Below the pieces are notes generated by a model. The model saw only the letters and a program-made list of their open reading frames with translations. It had not been told where the DNA came from and searched no databases. A DNA stretch of 64,000 nt from Alloascoidea hylecoeti (taxonomy: Eukaryota), in contig BCKZ01000011.1 in NCBI GenBank assembly GCA_001600815.1, forward strand, positions 641,224 to 705,223. The letters are read 5' to 3'. The translations under genes were made by a program, and so were the position numbers. Of the stretch, positions 1 through 12,253 are shown in pieces; position 1 is the stretch's first letter; the number at the start of each line of letters is the position of its first letter.

Positions 1-140
1 TTTTGTTTATCGCACTATATATTTCGGATAACTATTAGTACTTGATTCTATCAGAAAACTATGACAGGGAAACATACTTTTGCTCGACGTCTTCTACAAA
101 TAACACAGGCACTTTTCCTTTTTGAAGGTTGGGTTACCAT
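1..140 (-). CDS. Zn(II)2Cys6 (Gal4-type) transcription factor, 5' end only, runs off the left edge; exons 140-78 and 14-<1
   Basis: Not in ORF track. Minus strand: ATG at 140, exon 1 MVTQPSKRKSACVICRRRRAK, donor GTATGT at 77, branch TACTAAT, acceptor TAG at 17-15, then CDKQK. The spliced product ACVICRRRRAKCD is the CxxCxxxxxxC start of a fungal zinc cluster. TATATAAA lies ~55 nt upstream. Confidence 0.85.
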
Positions 141-339
141 TTTAATTAGTTGAAGTAGTGCCTGTAGGTACTAGGAAGACTTAGGTTGTGTTTATATAAT
201 GCTTTCCAATTCAAGGCAGTAAAATAGCGACATCTCCGCATTTAAATTTGTCATTCTTTCCCTGCAAACAAAATCAGCCATTATCACAAGCAGTCAAGGG
301 TCTTATCATATAGTTTGATCAAAAAATAGATATATTATT

Positions 340-640
340 AAGTGTAAAAAGGTGGACTATGAGATTTTCAGTATCATTGCACTCAACTTCGGACATTCTT
401 AGAAAAAAGAAAAAGTATTCCGCCTGTGATTCACTAATGTTGGGCCATACTGGATACTAATTATTGGATACTCATTTATGATCTTATACTTTTTCTTGAC
501 GAGACAATTGTACTTTTCCTGTGCACTAAAACCCAAATACCGAAACTGGTGAGATTTCAGAACCAAGCACTTCGAAACCCCCTTGTGAATATGAATATGC
601 TAAACTTCATACAACAACCCTATGGGACTGTAGAGTACAA
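340..640 (+). mobile_element. Possible highly decayed Tc1/mariner transposase relic
   Basis: Broken frames give KVFRL*FTNVGPYW, then LILFLDET (first catalytic Asp motif), then LWDC (cf. VWGC) ~43 codons later, in Tc1 order. Stops and frameshifts are present; no TIRs seen. Confidence 0.35.
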
Positions 641-855
641 CAAACGATGCTCTACATCATGGATATGGCCGATAATTAATAATTGGAATGGTCTAACTTA
701 AGTGAAAAAACTGTATTACATAAATTATTAATGATTCTTACATAATATAATTTTATTATTTGTCTAAAAAAGAAAAAAAAAAAAGCAAACACAAATGTAA
801 AATCAGATTTCCCCCATTAACCCTATAATAAAAAATTGATACCTTAAGCTTTGTA

Positions 856-2244
856 ATGAGTCGAGGGTCATTATTTATAAGCACTCCTCCTCCCCCCACT
901 AGAAAATCGAAAAATACCCCATCAGGAAAAAAGACTTCACTGAAATCAAAAGATCGAGATAATAAAACTTTTAAAAATTTGGTAACACCAAATACAACAC
1001 CACTTGAAGATATAACAGATCCTATTTATACACCAATTGCAATGGAAAAACCACAATCCAAAAAGTCGAACAAGTCTTCTTCTAAGGAAAATGACAATGA
1101 TTCAGCAGTTAAAATTCCGAAACAATTTATTGTTCGTCCTTCAAACAATTTCACTCCAAAAAATCAATTTAAAATTTATCTACATCCATCTGTACTAAAA
1201 AATTTGGATATTCCCAATGGTTCACATATACATGTCTCAAGACCCGGTGAAATGGGTATTGTTGGTGAAGCTATTGCTGCTGAGCATAAAAATTTGGTAG
1301 AGATTAATACTATTCAAATTTCTAAAAGTTTAAGAAGATTGGGTGCATTGGTTTTAGGCGACAGAATTGAAATCAAGAAATATGAATTAATTGATTATGC
1401 AAATACAGTTGAAGTTTCTATTCCAAATAACAAAACTGGCGTTGAAATTAATAAAGAAACCTCTTTATTATTAGAAAAAAGCTTACAAAAGATTAAAAGA
1501 CTATTTACTGAAATTGGAATGATTATGCCTGGTATGATAATCTCTCCAATTAAAGTTGGAGCAGAAACAGATTCTCTATCAGTTGTGATAACAGATTCAT
1601 ATGGTATTCCAACACTTGAAAAATTATCATTAAATGACAATGAAGATGAAGAAGATGATTATGATTATAACAGTAAAAATCCGTCTGTACCAACTGTATC
1701 CCCGGTATTTTTATTTAATCAACAAACAGAAATTAAATATTCCATTAATAATATTCCAAAACAATATAATTTACCGATGAATATAACTTATAATTCTGTT
1801 GGTGGATTATCAGAACAAATTAAATTATTATCAACAAATATTAAATTACCGCTGAAATCACCACAATATTTCACTCATTTCAGTATTTCTCCACCTCGTG
1901 GGGTTTTATTACATGGGCCTCCTGGGACAGGGAAAACAATGTTATTACGAGCAGTTGCAAATGAAACTGATGCTCATGTTTTAACAATCAATGGGCCTTC
2001 TATCGTCTCAAAATATTTAGGTGAAACTGAATCAGCTTTAAGAGCAGTTTTTGAAGAAGCCCGTAAATACCAACCATCAATTATATTTATGGATGAAATC
2101 GATTCTTTAGCTCCTAAAAGAGATAGTGATGATTCGGGTGAAGCAGAAAGTAGAGTAGTTTCAACTTTATTGACTTTGATGGATGGTATGAGTAATAGTG
2201 GTAGAGTTGTTGTTGTTGCTGCAACAAATAGGCCAAATTCTATT

Positions 2245-2277
<33 letters not shown>

Positions 2278-3405
2278 GAAGAAATTGAAGTTGGTGTACC
2301 TGATATTAATGCAAGATTAGATATCTTACGTTTACAATATCAAAAAATGGGTACAAAACATAGTCTGTCTAAAAATGATATTGAAACCATTGCAGCAAAA
2401 ACTCATGGTTACGTTGGTGCAGATATTGTGGCATTAGTAAGAGAATCAGCAAAGGAAGCAATTAAAAGAGGTGATGACCTTAAAATTCCTTTATCAAATT
2501 TAAAAATTACAATAGATGATATGAATTGGGCAATGTTAAAAATTAGACCAAGTGCAATGAGAGAAATCTATTTAGAAACTCCAAAGGTTTATTGGAAAGA
2601 TATTGGTGGTCAAGAAGAAATAAAAAGAAAATTAAATGAGATGATTACTTTGCCATTAAAAGAATCAGAAATTTTCAAAAATAAAGGTCTTAAAGCACCT
2701 AAAGGTCTTTTAATGTATGGACCACCAGGTTGTTCCAAAACGTTGGTAGCAAAAGCATTGGCAACAGAAACTGGTGTTAATTTCTTAGCTGTTAAAGGAC
2801 CAGAAATCTTTAATAAATTTGTTGGTGAGTCTGAAAGAAAGATTCGTGAGATTTTTCATAAAGCAAAAGCAGCATCTCCAAGTATAATATTTTTTGATGA
2901 AATTGATGCAATTGGTAGTGTTAGATCATCTGATGGTTCATCGCATAGTTCCGATAATGTTTTAACAACCTTATTAAATGAAATTGATGGTGTCGAAGAA
3001 TTAAAAGGTGTCGTTATTGTCGCTGCTACAAACAGGCCACACATACTTGATCCTGCTTTATTACGTCCTGGTAGATTAGATAGACATATTTATGTCAGAC
3101 CTCCAAATGTTGCAGCAAGGAAACAAATTTTAATAAATTCTATTAAAGATATGACAACCAATTTGACAAATGAAGATCTTCAAAAACTAGCTGAAATGAC
3201 AGAAGGATGTTCTGGTGCAGATATGACATTAGTAAGTCAAGAGGCTGGCCTTTCAGCATTTCGAGAAGATATTCATTTTGAAAATGTAGAATTTAGACAT
3301 TTTTTGGGGGTTCTTGAAAATATTCCAAGGATGATAACAAAAGAATCATTAGAAGTTTACGAAGATTTCAGTAGTCACCGATACAACCATACGGATACGG
3401 AGTGA
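856..3405 (+). CDS. AFG2: AAA+ ATPase Afg2/Drg1 (60S maturation; SPATA5 family)
   Basis: Two AAA modules ([16 protein letters not shown]; Walker [20 protein letters not shown]) and a Cdc48-like N-domain. GCSKT in D2 is typical of Afg2. Confidence 0.9.
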
Positions 3406-3759
3406 TATGGACCATAACTTAGGTTATAACTTATAAGGTCATTTTAACATTTAGCTAAGAAGAGCTATAGGAAAGACAATTGCAATGATTTATTTGTACA
3501 ATATCGTACAATTTATCTACATAGATAGTTATTGAATGTCGACGTTCATCATCCATATGCATAATCCGATTTCACTGCAATTTATCATACTGCAAGGTTT
3601 TGAAAAAACATAATCATACACATTTAACATGAAATAGGAGTAGGCAGAAAGCGCTTAATTATAAAGAATAGATTCTATCTTGTATATATATAAATTATTT
3701 CAATAAATATGCCAACCAAATATAATTACAAGTGGTTGTTAAATCTCTATTCTTTTGAA

Positions 3760-5279
3760 TTATAAAGGCAATTCAAAAGAAACATTAACATCAATTTCTC
3801 TAGCTAATTGTACAACCTTAGATAATTGACATACTTTTTCAGCAGCTTCATCTAATTCAGAAAATGAAAAGATTTTTAAACCAGAATCGCTAATTAATTT
3901 TTGAGCAATTTCCAAGTTTGTACCTTGTAAACGAACAACAATAGGAATTGTAATATTCATATGTTGAGTAACGGCGATTAAACCTTTGGCAATGTTATCA
4001 CATCGTACAATACCACCAAAAATGTTAACAAAGATGGCAGTAACACCCTTTTCGTTAGTGATTAACTCAAAAGCTTTTCTAATTGCTTCAGCGGTTGCAC
4101 CACCACCACAATCTAAGAAATTAGCTGGTTCACCACCATATAATTTAATAATATCCATGGTTGCCATTGCTAAACCAGCACCATTGACAAGACAACCGAT
4201 GTTACCATCAAGTTTAATGAAATTTAATCCACTTTTGGCGGCTTCGACTTCATCTGCATCTTCTTGGGTCAAATCTCTCCAAGAGAAAACTTCTTCTTGA
4301 CGAAAACTAGCATTGTCATCAAAGCCCAATTTTGCATCCATTGCTAAAACTCTATGGTCAGTTGTCTCAGAAAGTGGATTGATCTCAATTTGTGTACAAT
4401 CTCTTTCTTCAAATAGCTTATAGAGTTTCTTTACGGTATCAGCAGCTTCAGGAATGGCTTTCTGAGAAAATCCAAGAGCAACAGCTACGTCATTTGCGAT
4501 GATGTCAGTGACACCATCAGTTAAGTTGATAGGGAAAGTCTTAATTGCATCGGGAGTATCTTTTGCAACACCTTCAATATCCATACCACCTTGACTAGAC
4601 GCAACAATCATTGGTGCTTGTTTCTGTCTGTCCATCAAGATGGCACAATAAGCTTCTCTTCTAACAAATTCTCTTTCAACCACATAAACAGCAGTGACTT
4701 CTTTACCTTTAGGACCACTTTGTTTAGTAATAAGTTTATGGTTCAACATCTGTTCGGCAAAGATTTTAGCTTCATAAGGAGAAGCGATTAGTTTAACACC
4801 ACCTTTTAAACCAGTATCAAAAGTACCTTTTCCACGACCACCAGTAAGAGCCTGTGCCTTGATTACCATATCTTCAACACCCAAATTCTTGGCGATTTTC
4901 TCGGCACCTTCTGGAGTTGTAGCAGCACCGCCGGGAGGAACACCAATGCCATACTAATATATTATTATGAAGTAAGATTTCTGCCCTGCGTCAAAATGTC
5001 GCAACAATTCAGCTGCAATGAGCAAGGAAAGAATATAAATATAAATACATACTTCTTTCAAAAGAGCAGCGGATCGGAATTCATGAAGAGATAGAAATCT
5101 TTTTTGGATGGTTGGCTATAATTGGGAATTTAGGTTAGCGAATGAACCCTTCTTCCCCTCTGGATCTCAGAAAACCGTTGCAGATGCAAGGGTATGCATT
5201 GATGACAATGAAAAGCACATACTTTTGGGGCCGACAGAGGAGTCTTTAAAAGACGAGAAGCGAATCTGGAAGACATCAT
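3760..5279 (-). CDS. LSC2: Succinyl-CoA ligase beta subunit, mitochondrial; exons 5279-5223, 5115-5053, 4953-3760 (437 aa)
   Basis: [23 protein letters not shown] and [10 protein letters not shown] motifs. Two GTATGT..TAG introns join presequence [19 protein letters not shown] to [15 protein letters not shown] and YGIGVPPG in frame. Confidence 0.95.
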
Positions 5280-5625
5280 GATGAAAGTAAAAGAAAAAGA
5301 GAAGGTTTAGAAAAAAAAGAACACCGTTCCGGTAACAACCAGCTAAAAAAGAACAAGGTTTAATAAAGGAGGGTAAATGAACATAAAACGGCTTCTGATT
5401 CCCCTCATCTGAAAGTAGAAGTAAACATAAACATTTATTAAAATAAAATAATAGCTATATCGGTAAAAAGATATATATAGCAATGATTATCATTTCGCAA
5501 TTGGAATAACCAGCCAACGAATAAAAGAATAAAAGAAGTGCGAAAATAGTATTGCTGTATATATTGAAGAAGAAAGATACATTAAAAATTAAAAATTAAT
5601 GATATTGTATTCGATGAAGTAAAAT

Positions 5626-7995
5626 TTAATCATCCTGATCATTGGTTATATTGGAAACCTTTAATCTCTTATCCCTCGTCTCACTGACTATTATCTCACC
5701 ATCGGGAGGCACTATTGATAGATGACGTTTATGATCATGAGTATCAGATTTGGGTGAACTTGTTTCTGACGCTGGTTGTTTTCCGAGGCTGTCGGCTGGT
5801 AATACTGGATTTAGAATGGATTCCAGTGGCGCAGAATTTGAGGTGCCTGCTGCGATTCTTATAGATTGAGGTGACGGTAATGAAACACTACCAGAACTAT
5901 TATCATGATGGTGACTTATTTGTGATACTGGTGATTTGTCAAACTTAGACCTAACATGATTATAGTCTTTTTCATCACTCGGTATAATACTACTTTTTCT
6001 TGCTGTAGAATTTATGGTGGTTATGGTTCTATTATTTCGCTCAAAATTCCCATCAATATTGTTTAAAGATGAACTTTCTTTTAGCATTGAGCTACTTGTA
6101 ATCGATCCATGTGCACTCATAGTACCAATAGATGTGGCATTACTACCATAACGGCTACCTGCCTCTGACACCGACGAGTTAAATGAGCCAATGGAGCTTC
6201 CAGTTGAAGTAATTGATGATGATTGAAATCTTCGTGATGGTGAAGGAGTAATATTCTGAAGTAGTGAGCTTATTGAATCCCCACCTCTTTTCAAGAGTGT
6301 ATTAGGCGATGTGTTAGGATTAGAAAAGCTATGTGTAGATGGTGGTGTTGTTTTCGTGGGACTTATGCTAGGTAATTTACTGGCATTAGACATTTTACTT
6401 AGTGGAGATATTGTTCGACTACCATGGCGTTGTTCATTATTATGGCTATCTGTGCCTAATGATCCGTAATTCCTATTATGGGGGGTTCGATGATGATTAT
6501 AACTTGAAGAGCCATATCTACGTGTATAGATATGCTCACGTTCACCATGGTCATGTACTTGCATATGATGTTCTGGACTTGCCGTTACATGCGGAAGAAA
6601 TTTTGAATTTGAATTTGATGACTTTTCATTCTGATTTGATTCAATCCATGATGGTAACCTTGCATTCGCTTGATTTCTTCTAGAAGGTGGTTGTGAATGT
6701 GAAGGAATTGGTGCTGTAGCTAGAGGATCACAAAATATAGAATCTGCTCTTCTTCTTGGAGTACTATCAAAGAAACTTTGTGATAATTGAGTACTTTGAT
6801 TATAATTATTATCAGTAATTGTATTTGAAGACGAAGTTCTTGATAAGCTTGGTCTTCGTATCTCTGTAAAGTTTGAAGTAACTGATAATCTTTGTTCTCC
6901 GAATGGATAATCCGGAACACTTGATAAAGGAGGATAAGCAGTACTACCATTAGGATGTAGTATGTCTGGAGTTGAATTAAATCTTAAGTTTATATCTCTC
7001 TCTAATTCTTGGGCTGGGTATGATGCCCGATGTCTATAACTGGTCACCTCCGATAAAGGCGGAAGAGCACCACTAGAAATTGATCGTAACGTAGAACTTG
7101 ATGAGATAGTGTCAGTAGAAACAGCTGATTCTGAACGATGATTATGACCATCAATATAGCTTGATAGTAGTCTATTATTTGTCTGTTTAATTGAGTTATA
7201 GTCATTTTTCGTAATTTCTACCATTGAAAGTGAAGCATTCCGATCTGCAGAAACTGTTTTAATTGGTTCCACTCTGTTGTGATCTCGATTATTTCCTGGT
7301 ATTGTTCGGTCTACAGGTGAATAATGTGGCTTTATAATCGGATCATATATTTGATGTTGATGATTTAAATTTAAATTATGGTTTAGATTTAAATTTTGAA
7401 TTGGTTCTTTAGTAATCTGAGGATATGTCAGATAATTTCCTGCAACCATCTGGCCATAACTTATTGACCCGGTCAATCTTAAAGGTGGGGGAGAAGAAAA
7501 ATCAGCAGGAGTACTATTAGATCGTCGTGTATCATAATGAATTGGAAATGGATGTTGTACTTGATGGTTAGAACTTCTTCTTTTGATCTGTGATAGAGAT
7601 TCGATATCTCCCTTTCTAAAGGCACCATGACTATGTCGAAACTCCCAAATCATTTCGGTGGCAGCAGCAGTAGCAACAGCGGCCGCAACAGTGGTGGTTA
7701 TCGTAGTAGTCGGCTGAGACGAAGAAGGAGCATCTGCAGAGTTGTTTTTTAGGTTACTGCTCCTCCTATTAACATCGCTAATTTTGTGAAAGCCATACAT
7801 ATGTAGTTGTCGAACAAAAGATGCTACATTTCCATGTTTGAAGTAACGATTTAAAGTACTTGCAAACTCAGTTCCTGGGACTAAGGCAAATCTTCCCTCG
7901 TCACCAGAAGTCCACCACATCAGGTGGGATAAGCCAGGATCTTCCAACATAGCGTAGAGCTTGTGCACGAAAGCCGTCTTTTTGCCCTCGGGCAT
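5626..7995 (-). CDS. HSF-type DNA-binding transcription factor, Mga1/Sfl1-like
   Basis: N-terminal HSF domain (AFVHKLYAMLED, RYFKHGNVASFVRQLHMYGFHK, WEFRH..F.KGD...IKRR) followed by a long Ser/Asn-rich disordered region. First ATG is at 7995; the track start is a TTG. Confidence 0.85.
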   Translation of the reverse strand: MPEGKKTAFVHKLYAMLEDPGLSHLMWWTSGDEGRFALVPGTEFASTLNRYFKHGNVASFVRQLHMYGFHKISDVNRRSSNLKNNSADAPSSSQPTTTITTTVAAAVATAAATEMIWEFRHSHGAFRKGDIESLSQIKRRSSNHQVQHPFPIHYDTRRSNSTPADFSSPPPLRLTGSISYGQMVAGNYLTYPQITKEPIQNLNLNHNLNLNHQHQIYDPIIKPHYSPVDRTIPGNNRDHNRVEPIKTVSADRNASLSMVEITKNDYNSIKQTNNRLLSSYIDGHNHRSESAVSTDTISSSSTLRSISSGALPPLSEVTSYRHRASYPAQELERDINLRFNSTPDILHPNGSTAYPPLSSVPDYPFGEQRLSVTSNFTEIRRPSLSRTSSSNTITDNNYNQSTQLSQSFFDSTPRRRADSIFCDPLATAPIPSHSQPPSRRNQANARLPSWIESNQNEKSSNSNSKFLPHVTASPEHHMQVHDHGEREHIYTRRYGSSSYNHHRTPHNRNYGSLGTDSHNNEQRHGSRTISPLSKMSNASKLPSISPTKTTPPSTHSFSNPNTSPNTLLKRGGDSISSLLQNITPSPSRRFQSSSITSTGSSIGSFNSSVSEAGSRYGSNATSIGTMSAHGSITSSSMLKESSSLNNIDGNFERNNRTITTINSTARKSSIIPSDEKDYNHVRSKFDKSPVSQISHHHDNSSGSVSLPSPQSIRIAAGTSNSAPLESILNPVLPADSLGKQPASETSSPKSDTHDHKRHLSIVPPDGEIIVSETRDKRLKVSNITNDQDD

Positions 7996-10900
7996 TTTAC
8001 TAACAGTCAATTGGGAAGGGGAAAAAAGTAATATTGAACAGGGTTCAAGTTTCAGACGAATAGAAGGTTTTTAGGGCAGGGACGACAGTGAAATAAAAGC
8101 ACATCACAAGGAGAAAAGAAAAGAGAAAAAGAATAGAAGAAATTTGGGCCTAAGAAGGGGAAATAATACCCGCTTTAATTTGGCTATATTAAAAATTATA
8201 AGACTATTTCTATTTTATCATTTGTTAACCATATCATATTAAGTGGTAATTATATAGTAGAAGTACTAGTGCCCTGACATTGACTGATAATTGGGCGTGA
8301 AAAAGAAGCATTTAATCCTTAGCATTTGTGCCTGTTCGGTAATCCACCCACGTAAATTAATTACTTCACTGCTGGTTACCTTCGCTCGTTGCGGTCGCTC
8401 GTTGGTCAATTCAGCCTTAACATGTAGAGAAGCAAATTATAAGCTTAACTCATCCTTCCACTCCAAATTTAATGCAAAATTTTCTTCTCGGCTTTCTTTT
8501 TATTATTGTAATTTGTGACTCTCAGAAACTCCGTAAAAATGCAAATGTGCAAATGCATAAGGAAATTCGTTCAATTCTAGACGATATATGCAATCTGGTC
8601 TCACATTCAATTATAATTATGCACTATCTTCTAATTGTGTGGTACAAAAAATAGAATAAAAATAATTCATAACTACGTATCTATGATTATGTTTAAAATT
8701 TTGTTTTGAATTTTATAATTAGGACAAAATATTCTTATATATAATTATGTAAAACACCTTTCTCTTGAAAATTTTGAACCAGATATATATTAATAATGAA
8801 ATGATGAATATAAATACGCCGAAAGTCTTTGGTGTTATTATTATATTGTATCAATAATATATTCGTGTAAATTGTTTCTCATACTTCTCGAGGCTCAATT
8901 ACAAATGTAATTATGTAATAATAGTTACACAATTACTATAATTATATATTATAATATGTTAATTATACATTTAACAAGTATATTTTTCATGTCAATTCCA
9001 TTGCAACTCAATGTCATTTACATTTTTGGATTACATGATACATATATACTTGTTAATTAATCCGGCGAGGTTGTAATAGCAATACTATTTTATCCAAAGC
9101 ATTCATATATTCACCCTTTTTGAGTTTTTATAAATAATAGAACCTGTCAGAGGCGATCAATCGAACATATCGTTACATATTTTCACGTGTATGAGAATTC
9201 TATACATTTATCTTTTAATTTACGACTATTTCATCCTTTATTACGAGTTATATAACGATCACTATATTCAAATCATCCCACAAAATAGATCTTAAATAAT
9301 AGTGCTACCAGAGTAACCCTACATGGCACATTGTAATTACTAGGATATTCGATATAACCATAAAGGCTTATATATGACTTGACCGTTGAACAACTTGAAT
9401 CATATATATCAACGAAAACACATGAGATCGATACATGTAAGTTATATAAGTTAAAGGTTGTTTTAATGTTGCAATTTCTGGTATATCTATGACATTAGTA
9501 TGTCATATAACATATAACTACTTGTAATTCAAAGACACTTACATCATTACAAAACATGTAATTGATATATGCATTCTTTTTGTGTTGCAATTTGCTATTA
9601 ATATTAATATAATGCACCTTTATGTCTTTATAAACATGTAAAGGTAATATGATTTACTTTGCTCATATCTAGGGTTGGTGATAGTCAATGATATTAACGT
9701 CTGCGAATAGATGTATGCATGACTGCATTCCAATATCGGTATCAAACTCTCAAAATATTTTGCTACTTCCTAATTAGCTTAAAATTCTTAATTTCTTAAA
9801 ACTATAATTTTACAATAATTGGCTATAATGAATGATCTACATGTGAATCTTCTTGCAGAATTATTATTACGCCTTAAATAATAAATTATATATAAATATA
9901 GCTATAAAGTTCTGTGAGGTTTATCAAAATTCGATGCACAAGGCTTTGAATTTCCTATAGCTATAGCTACTACTATTTTCTAATTATTATTCATCTAAAT
10001 TTATAAGCTTATATAATTTGTTAGCTACATATAAATTTGAATAAGAAATAACATTTAAGATAGGAATTTAGATCTGAAATCATGATCATATAAGTATCTT
10101 TAACCTAGTCATGGATATCGATAGTGATTAAAACAGAAGAAAAACAATCTTTATCCGATTCAATTTTGATAGCCCCAGCGCTAATGCTATTATATAAATT
10201 CCGAAATTAATTAAGTGATTAGCTTTGCAATTGTTCTCTCTCAACTCCCACATTTAAATTTGTTGGGCTAGTAGCAACAATAATATCAGTATAAATGCAA
10301 ATATTTAATACCAAGATGACATGTTTCTATACATCTAATTATGAAATAGCTGATATTCAACAATTGCGATAACATCATATTACAGTATATATTATTATCA
10401 TTAATTTTTAACTTTACATTCACCTTAATATCAGCAATAGCTATAGCTGTAGATTGTAGTAGCTTAAAAATCCACCTGCGATTAATATTTGATATTCTTC
10501 CAGGATATGCTTGCAATTGTTATTTACTCTTTATAGAGATAAGTATCATTTTTTTCTGTGTACCAGTACGTGTATGTGACTTATATGAATGTTGTATCAT
10601 AGACACATTAATCACAAATGATCTTATATATAACTTATACTTTCCAGCTGGAGATAATGTTAAAAATTTAGTAAGAATAAATAAATAGATATCAATAATT
10701 AAATATATAATTATAAGCTTACATACGAGTATAATAACTCAGTATGTCCATAGCCTCGCTTATTTAGCCTATGGCTAGTTCCAGGTAATTATGAATTAAT
10801 ATGATATAGAATTATAAATTAGGAAGTATGTTCAGTATACATTTAAACTGTTTCATATATTATTTATGCGTCGTGTTCTAGGGAATAGGTACGTACTTTC

Positions 10901-12253
10901 TATATTCATAATTTGAAAACTTCTCAAAGTTCTCATCAGAGTATGAATCTGTATGTTCATACTAATTAACATCAATTTGTATCTTTCGTGCGCCAATATT
11001 CTAATATTCTTTCAATACCATTAAAAAATTAATACTAGACCGATTTAGCTATACTTATAGCTTTTTAGTTTGCATCATAATAAGTATGTAAATATTTAAT
11101 TAGCCCTTCCTATTGTTCATAACTGCTTAAAAGATATTAATCTGAGAGAAAATTTACTCGAGCTCGGGTACAGGTGCCGATATATAAACGAAAGTCCTCT
11201 TTGTTCTCATTATAGTCTTAAAATTTGGAAAAACTTGTCTAAATATCTTTCTCTTCATATAATGAATGAATATAAAAAGTTGTATGATGTATCCTAGCAA
11301 AAATATAGTGTGGGATACAGGTTTAGGTTGTTTCTGAGAAGAACCGAATTTATGAATTCTAAGACAATTATAGAAATTTCAGTATATAGTTTTGAATATT
11401 AAATTTACAGCACGGGACGTGATCTCTCTCGATTCTATTCGATTTATGCGGCTGCACATAAACATAACGTATGTTTAATTACTACAAAATCGATATATAT
11501 GGCTTGGTATATACAAATTTTAAATAATACAATTAAAGTCTGGAAAACCTCAGGTTTGGGGTAAGTTTAAACTTGTTCCTAAAAACACCGTTAAAACCTT
11601 TTATAAAAATCGGATGATTTCTTGTTTTTCTGGGCTGATATGTGAAAAGTATTTTTCGGTTTATTCATAAATATAGGATTAAAACCAATATAATGAAGTA
11701 TTTCCAACGGGATAACTGAAAATTGGGTAACATGAACCACAGGTACACCTCTTAATTAAAGAAGGATCAAGGGAAAGAGAGACCCATATGCGTAACCGAG
11801 CACTATTATATTTATTTATAATTACGATATTGTAAAATAATAAAAAGATGTATTTTTCAAGAATATCAAATTGGATAGTTTTGGCGGAATTTGTATTAGT
11901 CACGTGTATGAAATAATTCGTGAAGTTTTACAAGATAATTCGCGATAAATTTAACTTACCAATTGGGGGCACGGGACAAAAACAATTCCGTCCTTTTGAG
12001 ATATAGTTCGTTTTCTCTCAAACAAATTACTTATATATAAATTATCTGAACACATCCTGATTCCCGTTGTCCATTCTTTTTATAACCGTAGACAGGTTCA
12101 TTGTGACTGCCAAACAAAGGCTGTTGAAGACAGCAAAGTTGATTACGTAACACCTCACAAATGGCAATCCTCATCAATATAACATCTCTTCTCCTGAGCA
12201 CCATAGTACTTCCCAAAGGTAAACATAATATTTAAAAGACAAGTGATCCTGCA

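Noticed and set aside
8291..12216. Short ORFs in the large intergenic region (8291, 8472, 10286, 11679, 12031)
   Set aside because: Mostly non-ATG starts, no motifs and no splice partners found.
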